From: a virus
Lineage: Duplodnaviria > Heunggongvirae > Uroviricota > Caudoviricetes
Virus record (IMG/VR): IMGVR_UViG_3300042311_000626
Coordinates: 1-64,000 of that record
Length of the DNA stretch: 64,000 nt
Reading direction: 5' to 3' (one strand)
The number at the start of each line of letters is the position of its first letter. Position 1 is the stretch's first letter. The position numbers and the translations under genes are program-made. This document shows, in pieces, positions 48,330 through 58,035 of this stretch. The notes under the pieces are model-generated. The model was not told the origin of the DNA. It made no database searches and saw only the letters and a list, made by a program, of their open reading frames with translations.

Positions 48330-48911
48330 ATGTTTAATTTAGAAAATATACTTAATGAAAGTAAATTCCCTGATTTAACAGGTGATGGTAAAGTAACTAG
48401 AGCAGATATCTTAAAAGGTAGAGGAGTTAAACTTAAAAGTGAAGACTTAGACGTAGGTCATCAAGACGACGAACCAAAAATGCTTAAAAGCGATGTATAT
48501 AGAATAGCTAAAATGGCTTCTATGTTATACAAGCAGTTAGATAACTATGATAAAATAGGAGGAGAAGTAGATTTTCCCCATTGGTGGCAAGCTAAAATCA
48601 TTAAAGCATATGATTATTTACAAAGCGCTTATGGATATCTAGACGGCGAAGAAAAAGTAGCAGCTATTGACTCATTACAAGAAATGAAAGGACCAGAACT
48701 AGTAAATACAATCCGTATGATCGGAGGTATGTTATCTAGAGTAGAACAAACAATGGATTTTGGTGTAGAACAACCTGATGATATTGCTGAAGGTTTAAAT
48801 ACTGTTTTAGGTATATTAACTAATATACAAAGTAAATTAGAAAGTGATAGAAGAGCATACGCTGGACCTGCATCAGACTATCAATTAGAAAATATAATAA
48901 AACGTAAATAA
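48330..48911 (+). CDS. hypothetical protein
   Basis: 193 aa, late-type motif upstream. Confidence 0.45.
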   Translation: MFNLENILNESKFPDLTGDGKVTRADILKGRGVKLKSEDLDVGHQDDEPKMLKSDVYRIAKMASMLYKQLDNYDKIGGEVDFPHWWQAKIIKAYDYLQSAYGYLDGEEKVAAIDSLQEMKGPELVNTIRMIGGMLSRVEQTMDFGVEQPDDIAEGLNTVLGILTNIQSKLESDRRAYAGPASDYQLENIIKRK

Positions 48912-49390
48912 TGGAATTTAATTCAAAACAAGAATTAGAAGATTACGTAAGAGGTAGAGTTCGTCAACTGTTAGGAAAAACAGCAGAAGAAGCATATCAA
49001 GGTGATCCAAATTCACCTATGAATTTAATACTTCAACGTTTTCCTCAATTGAGACAAACATTAGAAAAATTATTAACAATGCAATTTAGATTGTTTGTTG
49101 ATGATATTCAATGGGTTGCTCCAAGACCTACTACATTTAAAGTAATATTACCTAATAAACAGTATTTTAATTTAATTTGGAATACAGAAGACTTTATTGT
49201 TAAAGTAGCCGGTAAAAAATATGACATGCTAACACTTCAAGAAAGAGAAAGAGCAATCAAATCCATATCTGAACTAATACAATACGGTCCTATAAATGCT
49301 AACATGTCACCTGAAGACTTAGCACAACAAAATTTAACACCAGCTAAAGGAGAATCATCAACACCTCCAGTAGAACCGGAAGAATTATAA
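48911..49390 (+). CDS. hypothetical protein
   Basis: 159 aa, followed by strong terminator. Confidence 0.45.
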   Translation: MEFNSKQELEDYVRGRVRQLLGKTAEEAYQGDPNSPMNLILQRFPQLRQTLEKLLTMQFRLFVDDIQWVAPRPTTFKVILPNKQYFNLIWNTEDFIVKVAGKKYDMLTLQERERAIKSISELIQYGPINANMSPEDLAQQNLTPAKGESSTPPVEPEEL

Positions 49391-49398
49391 GAAAATTT

Positions 49399-49420
49399 GG
49401 CTCCCTCAGGGAGCCTTTTT
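49399..49420 (+). terminator. rho-independent terminator
   Basis: ggctccc-tca-gggagcc plus T5. Confidence 0.7.
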
Positions 49421-49450
49421 ACATTTAAACTCTAATTTTATAATTACGTT

Positions 49451-50230
49451 ATGAATAAAAAGAAAAGATTATTTTTCGACATTGAAACAAGTCCAAACAT
49501 TGGCTTTTTCTGGCAATCAGGATACAAATTAAATGTCCCATATACCAATATAATTAAAGAAAGAGCTATTATTTGCATTTGCTATAAATGGGCAGATGAT
49601 GATAAAGTATATTCTTTACATTGGGATAAAAATCAAAACGATAAATCTATGTTAGAAAAATTCATGGTTGTAGCTAACGAAGCTCATGAATTAGTAGGAC
49701 ATAATGGTGATCGATTTGATTTACCTTGGATCAGAACACGTTGTTTATTTCATGGTATACCATGTTTCCCAAACTACACTACACTTGACACTTTAAAACA
49801 TGCAAGATCTAAATTTAGATTTAATAGTAATCGTTTAGATTATATTGCTCAATACTTAGGTGTGGGTGAAAAATCTGAAACAGGTGGTTTTGATTTATGG
49901 AAAAACATCGTTTTAAACAACGATAAAGACGCAATGACAACAATGGTTGATTATTGTAAGAATGACGTTATAATACTTGAAAAAGTATATAATCACATTA
50001 AAAATTATGTACCACATAAAACACATTATGGTGCTTTAGAGACAGGAGAAAAAACATGTTGTCCTGAATGTGGATCAACTGATTTAAGACATTCACAAAC
50101 TCGTTATTCTGCTGCTGGAACTCCACGTATTCAAATGCAATGTAATGATTGTCACAAATATCATACTGTTGCTAGTAGAACATATGATGCAATAATTGCT
50201 AAACAGTTTGAAGGGGAAGAGGAAGAGTAA
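49451..50230 (+). CDS. DnaQ-like (DEDDy) 3'-5' exonuclease with C-terminal zinc ribbon
   Basis: Exo I LFFDIET, Exo II GHNGDRFDLPWI, Exo III YCKNDVIILEKVY; C-terminal CCPECGS...CNDCHK. Confidence 0.65.
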   Translation: MNKKKRLFFDIETSPNIGFFWQSGYKLNVPYTNIIKERAIICICYKWADDDKVYSLHWDKNQNDKSMLEKFMVVANEAHELVGHNGDRFDLPWIRTRCLFHGIPCFPNYTTLDTLKHARSKFRFNSNRLDYIAQYLGVGEKSETGGFDLWKNIVLNNDKDAMTTMVDYCKNDVIILEKVYNHIKNYVPHKTHYGALETGEKTCCPECGSTDLRHSQTRYSAAGTPRIQMQCNDCHKYHTVASRTYDAIIAKQFEGEEEE

Positions 50231-50239
50231 ATATTTATA
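50231..50239 (+). promoter_or_regulatory. late-type motif ATATTTATA
   Basis: 23 nt upstream of ATG 50263; followed by TGTAAATA. Confidence 0.35.
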
Positions 50240-50262
50240 TGTAAATAATTAAACAATAAATA

Positions 50263-50910
50263 ATGGATAATTTTGACTTAAAACGTTTTCTAGTTGAAAA
50301 TAAAATGACTAGAAACTCACAAATACTAAACGAACAACCAGAAGCAGAAGGAATACCAGCTGATGACCCATTAGCTCAAATTCCTGCTGTACCAGCTGAA
50401 ACACCGTCTGAACCATCAGGTGAAATAGATAAAGAAACTGCTAAAGAATTAATATTCGATACTAAAGGTAAATTCTTTACTGTAACATTTATTAAAAAAG
50501 ATGGTAGTGAGCGTGTAATGAATGCTCGTTTAGGTGTTAAAAAATATCTAAAAGGAGGAACATTAGCATATGACCCAGCTGAATTCAATTACATCACAGT
50601 ATATGATATGGGTGCTAAAGGGTATAGAATGGTTAATGCTAATACTATTAAAAACCTTAAAATTGGTAAAAACGAATACATTATTCCTGATGCCATAGCG
50701 GAATCAGATGAACCTGAATTAGATGAAAACGCTAAACCAGAAGATATAGGTAAAGGTACTCGTTTATTTTTTAAAGATGATAAAACTACTTATTACGCTA
50801 AAAACGTAGCTGGTGATAAGAAAAATGTATTTGTAACTAGAGATAATGATGATAGAATTTATAAAAAATCTATAGCTAAAATTATTCAAATCAATAATAA
50901 AAAATTCTAA
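50263..50910 (+). CDS. hypothetical protein (215 aa)
   Basis: Late-type motif upstream, strong terminator downstream. Confidence 0.45.
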   Translation: MDNFDLKRFLVENKMTRNSQILNEQPEAEGIPADDPLAQIPAVPAETPSEPSGEIDKETAKELIFDTKGKFFTVTFIKKDGSERVMNARLGVKKYLKGGTLAYDPAEFNYITVYDMGAKGYRMVNANTIKNLKIGKNEYIIPDAIAESDEPELDENAKPEDIGKGTRLFFKDDKTTYYAKNVAGDKKNVFVTRDNDDRIYKKSIAKIIQINNKKF

Positions 50911-50961
50911 CATACAGACTAGATTCATATCCTAGTCGCTCGTAAGAGATAAATTTTAGAG

Positions 50962-50998
50962 AGATGTGGCCTCAGTTTTTGAGACCACATCTTTTTTT
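50962..50998 (+). terminator. rho-independent terminator
   Basis: agatgtggcctca-gtttt-tgagaccacatct (13-bp stem, 1 mismatch) plus T7. Confidence 0.7.
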
Positions 50999-51026
50999 CG
51001 TATATTTAACAGTTCAAAAGATATAA
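50997..51026 (+). promoter_or_regulatory. early-type promoter motif, degenerate, upstream of FAD oxidoreductase gene
   Basis: TTCGTATATTTAACAGTTCAAAAGATATAAA directly after terminator T-run. Confidence 0.35.
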
Positions 51027-51028
51027 AC

Positions 51029-52354
51029 ATGAGTAAAAAAATAGTAATAGTAGGTGCAGGAGTAGCAGGTATTAATGCTGCTACTAAATTAGTAGACAAT
51101 GGCTATCCTGGTCATTTAATTACAATTATTGATATGGGGAAAGATCCTCATAAAAGATTACCAAGTGAAGTAATGACTGGTATGTTAGGTGCTGGTGGTT
51201 GGTCTGATGGTAAATTAACTTATCATACAGCCATTGGAGGTCAACTTTCTAAATACTGTGGTGAAGATAAAGCAATGGAATTGATGGATCAAGTTATAAC
51301 TAACTTTAAACGTTTCCATCCTAAACCTGAAGAAGTACAATGTTCAAACCCAGATGCTGAACCTGATTTTATTAAACCATATTTTGGTTTAAGATTGTTT
51401 CCTGTATGGCATGTTGGAACTGATTATCTATTAGAAATTGCTAAAAATTGGTATGAATATTTAGTTGATAAGGGTGTTAACTTTATTTGGGAAACTAAAG
51501 TAACGGAAATTGCATTTGTTAACCAAACATTAAAAGCAGACCCAGTAAACGAAATTACATGGGATCATGGAATTATATCATATGATACACTTATCTTTGG
51601 TGTAGGTAAATCGGGTATTGACTTTGGTAAACAACTAGCTGAAAAATATGATCTACCAACTGAACCTAAATCAGTACAAATTGGTGTTAGATTTGAAGCA
51701 CCACAACACCACTTTCAAAACTTAATTGATATTTCATATGACTTTAAATTATATAGAAAATTCGACAATAAAGGAGTATCATTACGTTCATTCTGTACTA
51801 ATAATAATGCTGCTTATGTTGCAGTAGAAGAAACATACGGAAACTATACTTACAATGGTCATGCTAAAAAAGATGAGAAGTATAGAAACGATATGACTAA
51901 CTTTGGTATTATTATGGAGTTAAATGGTATTGAAAATCCATTTGAATGGTCAAGAAATGTTGTATCACAATTACAATCAGTAGATGGTAAAGGTTTATAT
52001 TACTCTCCATCACGTAAAGTATCACTTACATCTGAAGGAGGACACGTAGAAGCACATCAAATATCAGATGCTGATATGATGGATGTTAGAAGAACATTTG
52101 AAGGGTACTTTGATTATATTGAAGATTTTATCGAAGATATGAAAAAAGTATTCCCAACATTAGAAGACAATTGGGGTATTTATATACCTGAAGTAAAATA
52201 TCTATCACCTGAGCCGCTTGTTGATTATACTAACTTAGCCCTGACCAAGTATCCTAACGTACATTTTGTTGGTGATGCACTTTCCGCTAGAGGTATAACA
52301 GTAAGTGGCGCACATGGGATTTATGTATCAGAAGATATTTTGAAATCTAAGTAA
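51029..52354 (+). CDS. FAD/NAD(P)-binding oxidoreductase
   Basis: N-terminal dinucleotide-binding fingerprint KKIVIVGAGVAGINAATKL; start set at in-frame ATG 51029 because track start 50966 lies inside the upstream terminator. Confidence 0.6.
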   Translation: MSKKIVIVGAGVAGINAATKLVDNGYPGHLITIIDMGKDPHKRLPSEVMTGMLGAGGWSDGKLTYHTAIGGQLSKYCGEDKAMELMDQVITNFKRFHPKPEEVQCSNPDAEPDFIKPYFGLRLFPVWHVGTDYLLEIAKNWYEYLVDKGVNFIWETKVTEIAFVNQTLKADPVNEITWDHGIISYDTLIFGVGKSGIDFGKQLAEKYDLPTEPKSVQIGVRFEAPQHHFQNLIDISYDFKLYRKFDNKGVSLRSFCTNNNAAYVAVEETYGNYTYNGHAKKDEKYRNDMTNFGIIMELNGIENPFEWSRNVVSQLQSVDGKGLYYSPSRKVSLTSEGGHVEAHQISDADMMDVRRTFEGYFDYIEDFIEDMKKVFPTLEDNWGIYIPEVKYLSPEPLVDYTNLALTKYPNVHFVGDALSARGITVSGAHGIYVSEDILKSK

Positions 52355-52368
52355 TTTTTTGTATCTTT

Positions 52369-52786
52369 ATGACAAAAGGTGAAAGCAAATTTACACGTGT
52401 TTATGAAGATGAACATGAAAAAGTAACATGGACTTACGATCTAGATTATTACAGCCACGGACCAATATCAGTAGAAATTAAAAGTAAAAACGAACCAACA
52501 AATGGAAAGAAAAATAAAAACACCAGAGGGACAGATAATGTACCTGTCGAAAACGAGAAAGCTAAAAGAGGGCGTAAAAGACAAGAACGCTGATGATGCT
52601 TATAAAGAAGAATGGGTACTACATAATACAGATGGTCCTGCTTTAATTAAACCTGATGGAAAAAAAGAATACTATTTCTGGGGAATTTATCAAGGTAATA
52701 CACCTGAAGTAATTAGAGAATTAAAACGTAACCACACAGGATTACCACCAGCAAAAAACCCATTGTTTAAAAATAGTTTTAGATAA
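52369..52786 (+). pseudogene. two overlapping ORFs (52369..52593 frame 0, 52502..52786 frame +1) that look like one frameshifted gene
   Basis: Both halves repeat a W/Y...DG...Y motif; A-runs 52481-52490 and 52505-52525 lie in the 52475-52593 stretch where both frames are open. Confidence 0.3.
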
Positions 52787-52787
52787 T

Positions 52788-53318
52788 ATGAAAATAGGAT
52801 TAGTAGGTACTGTATCTGTAGGTAAAACTACATTAGTTAATGCTTTAGCAGAATTACCACAATTTAAAGATTATCATTTTGCTACTGAACGTAGTAAGTA
52901 TTTAAGAGATTTAGGTATCCCATTAAATACAGATTCAACATTAAAAGGTCAAACTATATTTTTAGCTGAACGTGTATCTGAATTAATGCATGAAAATTTA
53001 ATTACAGACAGAACAGTTATAGATGTAATGGCGTTTACTCAATGTGCTGAGTCTATACACCCAACTGATAAAAAATCATTTGACGAATATGCTCGTAATT
53101 TTATTAATGAATATGATTATATTTTTTATGTGTCTCCTGAAGGAGTAGAGATAGAAAATAATGGTGTACGAGAAACAAATGCTGAATATAGAAATTTAAT
53201 TGATTATACTATCAGAGCATTAATTGGTGCTTATCCACACAGAATAAAGAATCTTTTCATGATATCAGGCACAACAGAAGAACGTATAAAACAAATACTA
53301 GAAGTGATTCCTACTTAA
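52788..53318 (+). CDS. P-loop NTPase, nucleotide-kinase-like
   Basis: Walker A GTVSVGKTT at N-terminus; 176 aa. Confidence 0.5.
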   Translation: MKIGLVGTVSVGKTTLVNALAELPQFKDYHFATERSKYLRDLGIPLNTDSTLKGQTIFLAERVSELMHENLITDRTVIDVMAFTQCAESIHPTDKKSFDEYARNFINEYDYIFYVSPEGVEIENNGVRETNAEYRNLIDYTIRALIGAYPHRIKNLFMISGTTEERIKQILEVIPT

Positions 53319-53326
53319 TATTTATA
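53318..53326 (+). promoter_or_regulatory. late-type motif ATATTTATA
   Basis: 25 nt upstream of ATG 53352. Confidence 0.3.
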
Positions 53327-53351
53327 TTAAATTAACATTTATATATAAAAT

Positions 53352-53813
53352 ATGAAAGTAAGTGAATTAAAAGAAAATATTCGCGGTATTATACGTAAAA
53401 AAATGGGTGAAGCTGTAATTATTCAACAAACAGGAGCACCTTTAACAGACCCTCAAATAAGCCAGAAAATAAAAACACTAAGAGCAAAAGAAGGAGACCC
53501 AACAATAGGAACAGAAAAAAACGCTGTTAAAGTTATTAGAGAAGAAGATTTTTTAGATGATGACGATAATACAATTATCGAAGATGTAGAAGATGTTGAT
53601 TCATCAGATGGTGGTGATATTGCTAAAATGTATGATGAAATATACGAAATAAACGCCAATGTAGCACCAGGATCTAGATACCAAATTGAAGTAAGAAAAG
53701 ATGGTAATTTTATTATATTGACACAAGACAACGGACAAGAAATAGTAGTAAATCCGGAAGATGTTAGAGATTTAGTTAAAGTTATTCTTAAAATAGACAA
53801 TGAAGGCAACTAA
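53352..53813 (+). CDS. acidic hypothetical protein
   Basis: 153 aa, Asp-rich centre. Confidence 0.4.
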   Translation: MKVSELKENIRGIIRKKMGEAVIIQQTGAPLTDPQISQKIKTLRAKEGDPTIGTEKNAVKVIREEDFLDDDDNTIIEDVEDVDSSDGGDIAKMYDEIYEINANVAPGSRYQIEVRKDGNFIILTQDNGQEIVVNPEDVRDLVKVILKIDNEGN

Positions 53814-54147
53814 ACAAGACATAGTATTAATAATAATTGCTTTGTTATGTTTGTATAATATATTCAATACAAACAGTATTAGAACTGATGTAAAAGGATA
53901 TGAAGATAAAATTGAAGCTCTTCAAACTAAAGTAGACTCAGCACAAGCAGTTAACGAAAAAATTGATGTCAAAATAGACTCAGTAAAAGATAACGTAATT
54001 AATATTACTAAAGAAATTCACCACATAGATAATAACATATCTATACTTAAACAACAAACAGATGAAAAAATTAATAGTGTTGATAGTTTTACTGCTAACG
54101 AGCTTGAGCAGTTTTTCACAAACAGATACGACAAAGGTTCAAATTAA
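53800..54147 (+). CDS. N-terminally membrane-anchored coiled-coil protein (i-spanin-like)
   Basis: TM helix DIVLIIIALLCLYNIF followed by heptad-rich region. Confidence 0.35.
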   Translation: MKATKQDIVLIIIALLCLYNIFNTNSIRTDVKGYEDKIEALQTKVDSAQAVNEKIDVKIDSVKDNVINITKEIHHIDNNISILKQQTDEKINSVDSFTANELEQFFTNRYDKGSN

Positions 54148-54463
54148 AACACCTGTAGCAAAATTAGTTATTAAAGACATTCTTAAAGGAGATGGATGTG
54201 CTCAAGAATTAAAATTTACTCAAGATAAAGTTATTAAGTTAGAAGCAAGAGAAACTCAAAAAGATACTATCATTTCCCTATTAGAGAGTAAAGATAAAAA
54301 CAACCAATTTATTATCAACACTCAGAAAGATCAATTACAACTATCTAAAGAACTTTCAGAACAATTACATAAAGAGTTAAAAGGACAAAGGACTAAAACA
54401 TTTCTATGGAAAGTAGGAACGTTCGCCGGTATACTTACTACCTCATACCTATTGGTAAAATAA
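54062..54463 (+). CDS. signal-peptide protein with C-terminal TM helix, overlapping previous gene out of frame
   Basis: MKKLIVLIVLLLTSLSSFSQ signal; C-terminal TFLWKVGTFAGILTTSYLLVK; 86-nt overlap; terminator follows. Confidence 0.3.
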   Translation: MKKLIVLIVLLLTSLSSFSQTDTTKVQIKTPVAKLVIKDILKGDGCAQELKFTQDKVIKLEARETQKDTIISLLESKDKNNQFIINTQKDQLQLSKELSEQLHKELKGQRTKTFLWKVGTFAGILTTSYLLVK

Positions 54464-54486
54464 CAAACATATAATAAAATATACAA

Positions 54487-54511
54487 GGTCTGACCAACAT
54501 CAGGCCTTTTG
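54487..54511 (+). terminator. rho-independent terminator
   Basis: ggtctga-ccaaca-tcaggcc (G-U wobble) plus TTTT. Confidence 0.45.
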
Positions 54512-54512
54512 T

Positions 54513-54527
54513 ATATTTATATATAAA
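54513..54527 (+). promoter_or_regulatory. late-type motif ATATTTATATATAAATg (contains T4-like TATAAAT)
   Basis: Immediately after terminator, 7-13 nt before terminase ATG. Confidence 0.4.
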
Positions 54528-54534
54528 TGATTAT

Positions 54535-56127
54535 ATGAGTGAACAAAATCAAAATATAAAAGATATAATTAAACAGGAATACATTAAATGTATGACTGAT
54601 CCTGCCCACTTCATGAAGAAGTATTGTATGATTCAACACCCTACAAAAGGTAGAATTCCATTTAATTTATATCCCTTTCAAGATGGTGTATTACACCAAT
54701 TTCAAAAAAACAATTATAGTATAGTTTTAAAATCTAGACAGCTAGGAATCTCAACTTTAGTAGCTGGTTTTTCTTTATGGATGATGATTTTTCATAGAGA
54801 TAAAAATATACTTTGTATCGCTACAAAACAAGAAACTGCTAAAAACATGGTAACTAAAGTACGATTTATGTACGATAATTTACCTTCTTGGTTAAAAGGA
54901 ACCGAAAAACCCTTGGAGAACAACAAGCTCTTACTTAAATTACCAAATGGTTCTCAAGTAAAAGCAACATCAGCAGCAGGCGATGCTGGTCGATCAGAAG
55001 CCGTTTCTTTACTTATAATTGACGAGGCCGCGTTCATTGATAACATACATGAGATATTTGCTTCTGCTCAACAAACATTAGCAACGGGTGGAGGATGTAT
55101 AGCATTATCTACACCTAATGGTACCGGAAACTGGTTTCATCAAACATGGTCTAAATCAGAATTAGGAGCTAATTCATTCGTTCCTATTAAGTTAAAATGG
55201 AATGTGCATCCTGAAAGAGATCAAGACTGGAGAAGTTTACAGGATCAAGATTTAGGAATTAGAATGGCAGCACAAGAATGTGATTGTGATTTTAGCACAT
55301 CTGGAGATACAGTATTTGAACCTGAATTAATTGATTGGATTGAAGCTAATTTAATGGAACCAATTGAAAAACGTAATGTAGATGGTAACTTATGGGTTTG
55401 GGAACAACCAGATTACAATAGAAGTTATTTAGTAACAGCCGACGTTGCTAGAGGAGACGGAAAAGACCATTCTGCATGTCATGTATTTGATTTAGAAACA
55501 GCAACACAAGTAGCTGAATATAAGGGGCAAATAGGAACTCGTGATTTTGGACATTTATTAGTAGGTTTAGCAGCAGAATACAATGATGCTTTACTCGCTA
55601 TAGAGAATGCTAATGTGGGTTGGGATACAGTGCAAACTGCAATTGATAGAGGATATAAAAATTTATATTACTCACCTAAAACAGAAGCATATACATCAGA
55701 TCAATGGTCTAGACGTAATGAAAATCAAGATAGTTTAGTAGCTGGTTTTACAACATCAGTAAAAACACGTCCTTTAATGATTGAAAAATTTAGAGAATAT
55801 ACTAAAGAAAAAGCATGCTTTATTCGTTCTAAAAGAACACTAGAAGAAATGAAAGTATTTATTTGGAAGAATAGTAAAGCACAAGCACAAGAAGGATATA
55901 ATGATGATTTAGTAATGTCTTTTAGTATGGGTCTATATTTAAGAGACACGGCTTTAAGATTTAGAAAATCAAATATAGAATTTGATAGAGCAATAGTAGA
56001 CTCTATATCAGTAGATAGAGGAACGATGAATCCCTACAACGCTAGAGGATATAATAATAATAATAACCCATGGAAAATTCAAATGGAACAAGGAGGTCAC
56101 GAAGACATTACTTGGCTATTAGGATAA
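54535..56127 (+). CDS. terminase large subunit
   Basis: Walker A VLKSRQLGISTL, Walker B LLIIDEAAF, C-terminal RNase-H-like nuclease half; directly upstream of portal. Confidence 0.9.
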   Translation: MSEQNQNIKDIIKQEYIKCMTDPAHFMKKYCMIQHPTKGRIPFNLYPFQDGVLHQFQKNNYSIVLKSRQLGISTLVAGFSLWMMIFHRDKNILCIATKQETAKNMVTKVRFMYDNLPSWLKGTEKPLENNKLLLKLPNGSQVKATSAAGDAGRSEAVSLLIIDEAAFIDNIHEIFASAQQTLATGGGCIALSTPNGTGNWFHQTWSKSELGANSFVPIKLKWNVHPERDQDWRSLQDQDLGIRMAAQECDCDFSTSGDTVFEPELIDWIEANLMEPIEKRNVDGNLWVWEQPDYNRSYLVTADVARGDGKDHSACHVFDLETATQVAEYKGQIGTRDFGHLLVGLAAEYNDALLAIENANVGWDTVQTAIDRGYKNLYYSPKTEAYTSDQWSRRNENQDSLVAGFTTSVKTRPLMIEKFREYTKEKACFIRSKRTLEEMKVFIWKNSKAQAQEGYNDDLVMSFSMGLYLRDTALRFRKSNIEFDRAIVDSISVDRGTMNPYNARGYNNNNNPWKIQMEQGGHEDITWLLG

Positions 56128-56139
56128 ATATTTATACAT

Positions 56140-58002
56140 ATGATAGACACATCTTTATTTGGTAGATTAAAACGATTATTCTCAAACGACGTAATTATTA
56201 GAAACGTTGGTGGGAGTCAAGTTAAAGTAATCGACAGTGACCACATACAATCCTCTGGGGTAGTACAAACAAACATGTACCCTGAACGATACCAACGTAT
56301 CTATACTGGAGGGTTAGGTACTTATGTTGGTAATGCTCCTCACTCTAACTTTACAATATTAAGACCTCAATTATATAATGATTATGAGGTAATGGATGGT
56401 GATCCAATCATAGCATCTGTATTAGATATTGTTGCTGATGAATCTACACTTAAAAATGGTGCTGGAGAAGTATTAGCTATTAAATCACCAGATGAAAATA
56501 TTCAAAGAATACTATATAATTTATTCTATGATGTACTTAATATCGAATTTAACCTTTGGGGTTGGGTTCGTTCAATGTGTAAATATGGTGACTTTTATTT
56601 ACACCTACACATCGCTGAAAAATATGGTGTATATCAAGTAATTCCTCTTAACGTTTATAACGTAATTAGAGAAGAAGGATTAGATCCTAAAAACCCATCT
56701 TATGTTCAATTTAGAGTTGAACCAAATGCTTCATATACTGGTGTATTAGGAGGACTTGATAAAGATGATATGGTATTCCAAAACTATGAAGTTGCTAACT
56801 TTAGATTATTAGGAGATTACAACTTCTTACCATACGGAAGATCATACATTGAACCAGCTCGTAAAATATTTAAACAATTAGCGTTAATGGAAGACGCTAT
56901 GTTAATTCACCGTATATTAAGAGCACCACAACGTAGAGTTTATTATGTGGATACAGGAAATATTCCACCAAATGAAATTCCTGCATACATGGAGAAATTA
57001 AAAGGACAAACACAACGTACTCCTTATGTTGATCCTAAAACTGGTGAATATAATCTTCGTTATAATATGATGACTGTAAATGAAGATTTTTACATTCCTA
57101 CAAAAGGTGGAAACACATCAACTAAAATAGATACTTTACCTGGTCTTGAATATAATGCTATTGAAGACGTTGTTTACTTAAGAGACAAAATGTTAGCTGC
57201 TGTTAAAGTACCTAAAGCATTTATCGGATATGAAGCTGACGTTGAAGGTAAATCTACATTAGCACAACAAGATATTAGATTCGCTCGTACAATTGAACGT
57301 ATTCAACGTATTGTAGTATCTGAATTAACTAAAATAGCATTAGTACATTTGTATTCTCAAGGATATACTGATGAAAACTTAACAAATTTTGAACTTGAAT
57401 TAACTACTCCATCTATCGTTTATGATCAAGAAAGAGTAGCATTAATGAAAGAAAAAGTTGATTTAGCTAGACAAATCCAAGAAACTGGTTTATTCCCTTC
57501 TGACTACATTTATGATTATATCTTCCATATGAGTGAAGACAAATATGATGATATGAGAGATTTAGTTATCGAAGATAAAAAACGAATGTTCAGATTAGCT
57601 CAAATCGAAAACGAAGGTAATGACCCTGTAACAAGTGGAGAATCATATGGAACACCACATGATTTAGCTTCACTATATGGTAAAGGCAGAAACGATATGG
57701 GAGTTCCACCAGCATATGATGAAACTAACCCAGTTGGAAGACCTCAAGAAAAAACATCAGTTTATAATACTCAAAAACGAGTATTAGGAAAAGATCCATT
57801 AGGAAAAGGAGTAGATATATCACCAGATAGCGCAAAAGCACCGGAACCTAAAGGAGGATCACCATTAGCTTTAGAAGCAACTAAATCAATATACTTGCAA
57901 AATAAAAATATGTTAGAAGAAATGGTTAAAAAATCTAATGTGTTTGATAAGGATAATAAAAAGTCTTCATTATTAGATGAATCAAATATTAAAGGCATAT
58001 AA
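56140..58002 (+). CDS. portal protein (gp20-like)
   Basis: 620-aa ORF between terminase and prohead-core/protease genes. Confidence 0.65.
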   Translation: MIDTSLFGRLKRLFSNDVIIRNVGGSQVKVIDSDHIQSSGVVQTNMYPERYQRIYTGGLGTYVGNAPHSNFTILRPQLYNDYEVMDGDPIIASVLDIVADESTLKNGAGEVLAIKSPDENIQRILYNLFYDVLNIEFNLWGWVRSMCKYGDFYLHLHIAEKYGVYQVIPLNVYNVIREEGLDPKNPSYVQFRVEPNASYTGVLGGLDKDDMVFQNYEVANFRLLGDYNFLPYGRSYIEPARKIFKQLALMEDAMLIHRILRAPQRRVYYVDTGNIPPNEIPAYMEKLKGQTQRTPYVDPKTGEYNLRYNMMTVNEDFYIPTKGGNTSTKIDTLPGLEYNAIEDVVYLRDKMLAAVKVPKAFIGYEADVEGKSTLAQQDIRFARTIERIQRIVVSELTKIALVHLYSQGYTDENLTNFELELTTPSIVYDQERVALMKEKVDLARQIQETGLFPSDYIYDYIFHMSEDKYDDMRDLVIEDKKRMFRLAQIENEGNDPVTSGESYGTPHDLASLYGKGRNDMGVPPAYDETNPVGRPQEKTSVYNTQKRVLGKDPLGKGVDISPDSAKAPEPKGGSPLALEATKSIYLQNKNMLEEMVKKSNVFDKDNKKSSLLDESNIKGI

Positions 58003-58009
58003 AAAGTAT

Positions 58010-58018
58010 ATATTTATA
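58010..58018 (+). promoter_or_regulatory. late-type motif ATATTTATAA
   Basis: 17 nt upstream of start 58036. Confidence 0.35.
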
Positions 58019-58035
58019 ACCAGTAAATTAACATC

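Noticed and set aside
50966-51028. Upstream extension of the FAD-oxidoreductase ORF
   Set aside because: It would place the start codon inside the stem-loop/T-run of terminator 50962-50998. The in-frame ATG at 51029 follows the promoter-like motif and begins the canonical Rossmann fingerprint.
56128-56136. ATATTTATA directly (3 nt) before the portal ATG, as a promoter
   Set aside because: It is too close to the start codon for a -10-like element unless the mRNA is leaderless. It may just be AT-rich stop/start context, so it was mentioned in the motif analysis but not annotated as a feature. The same applies to 23658.
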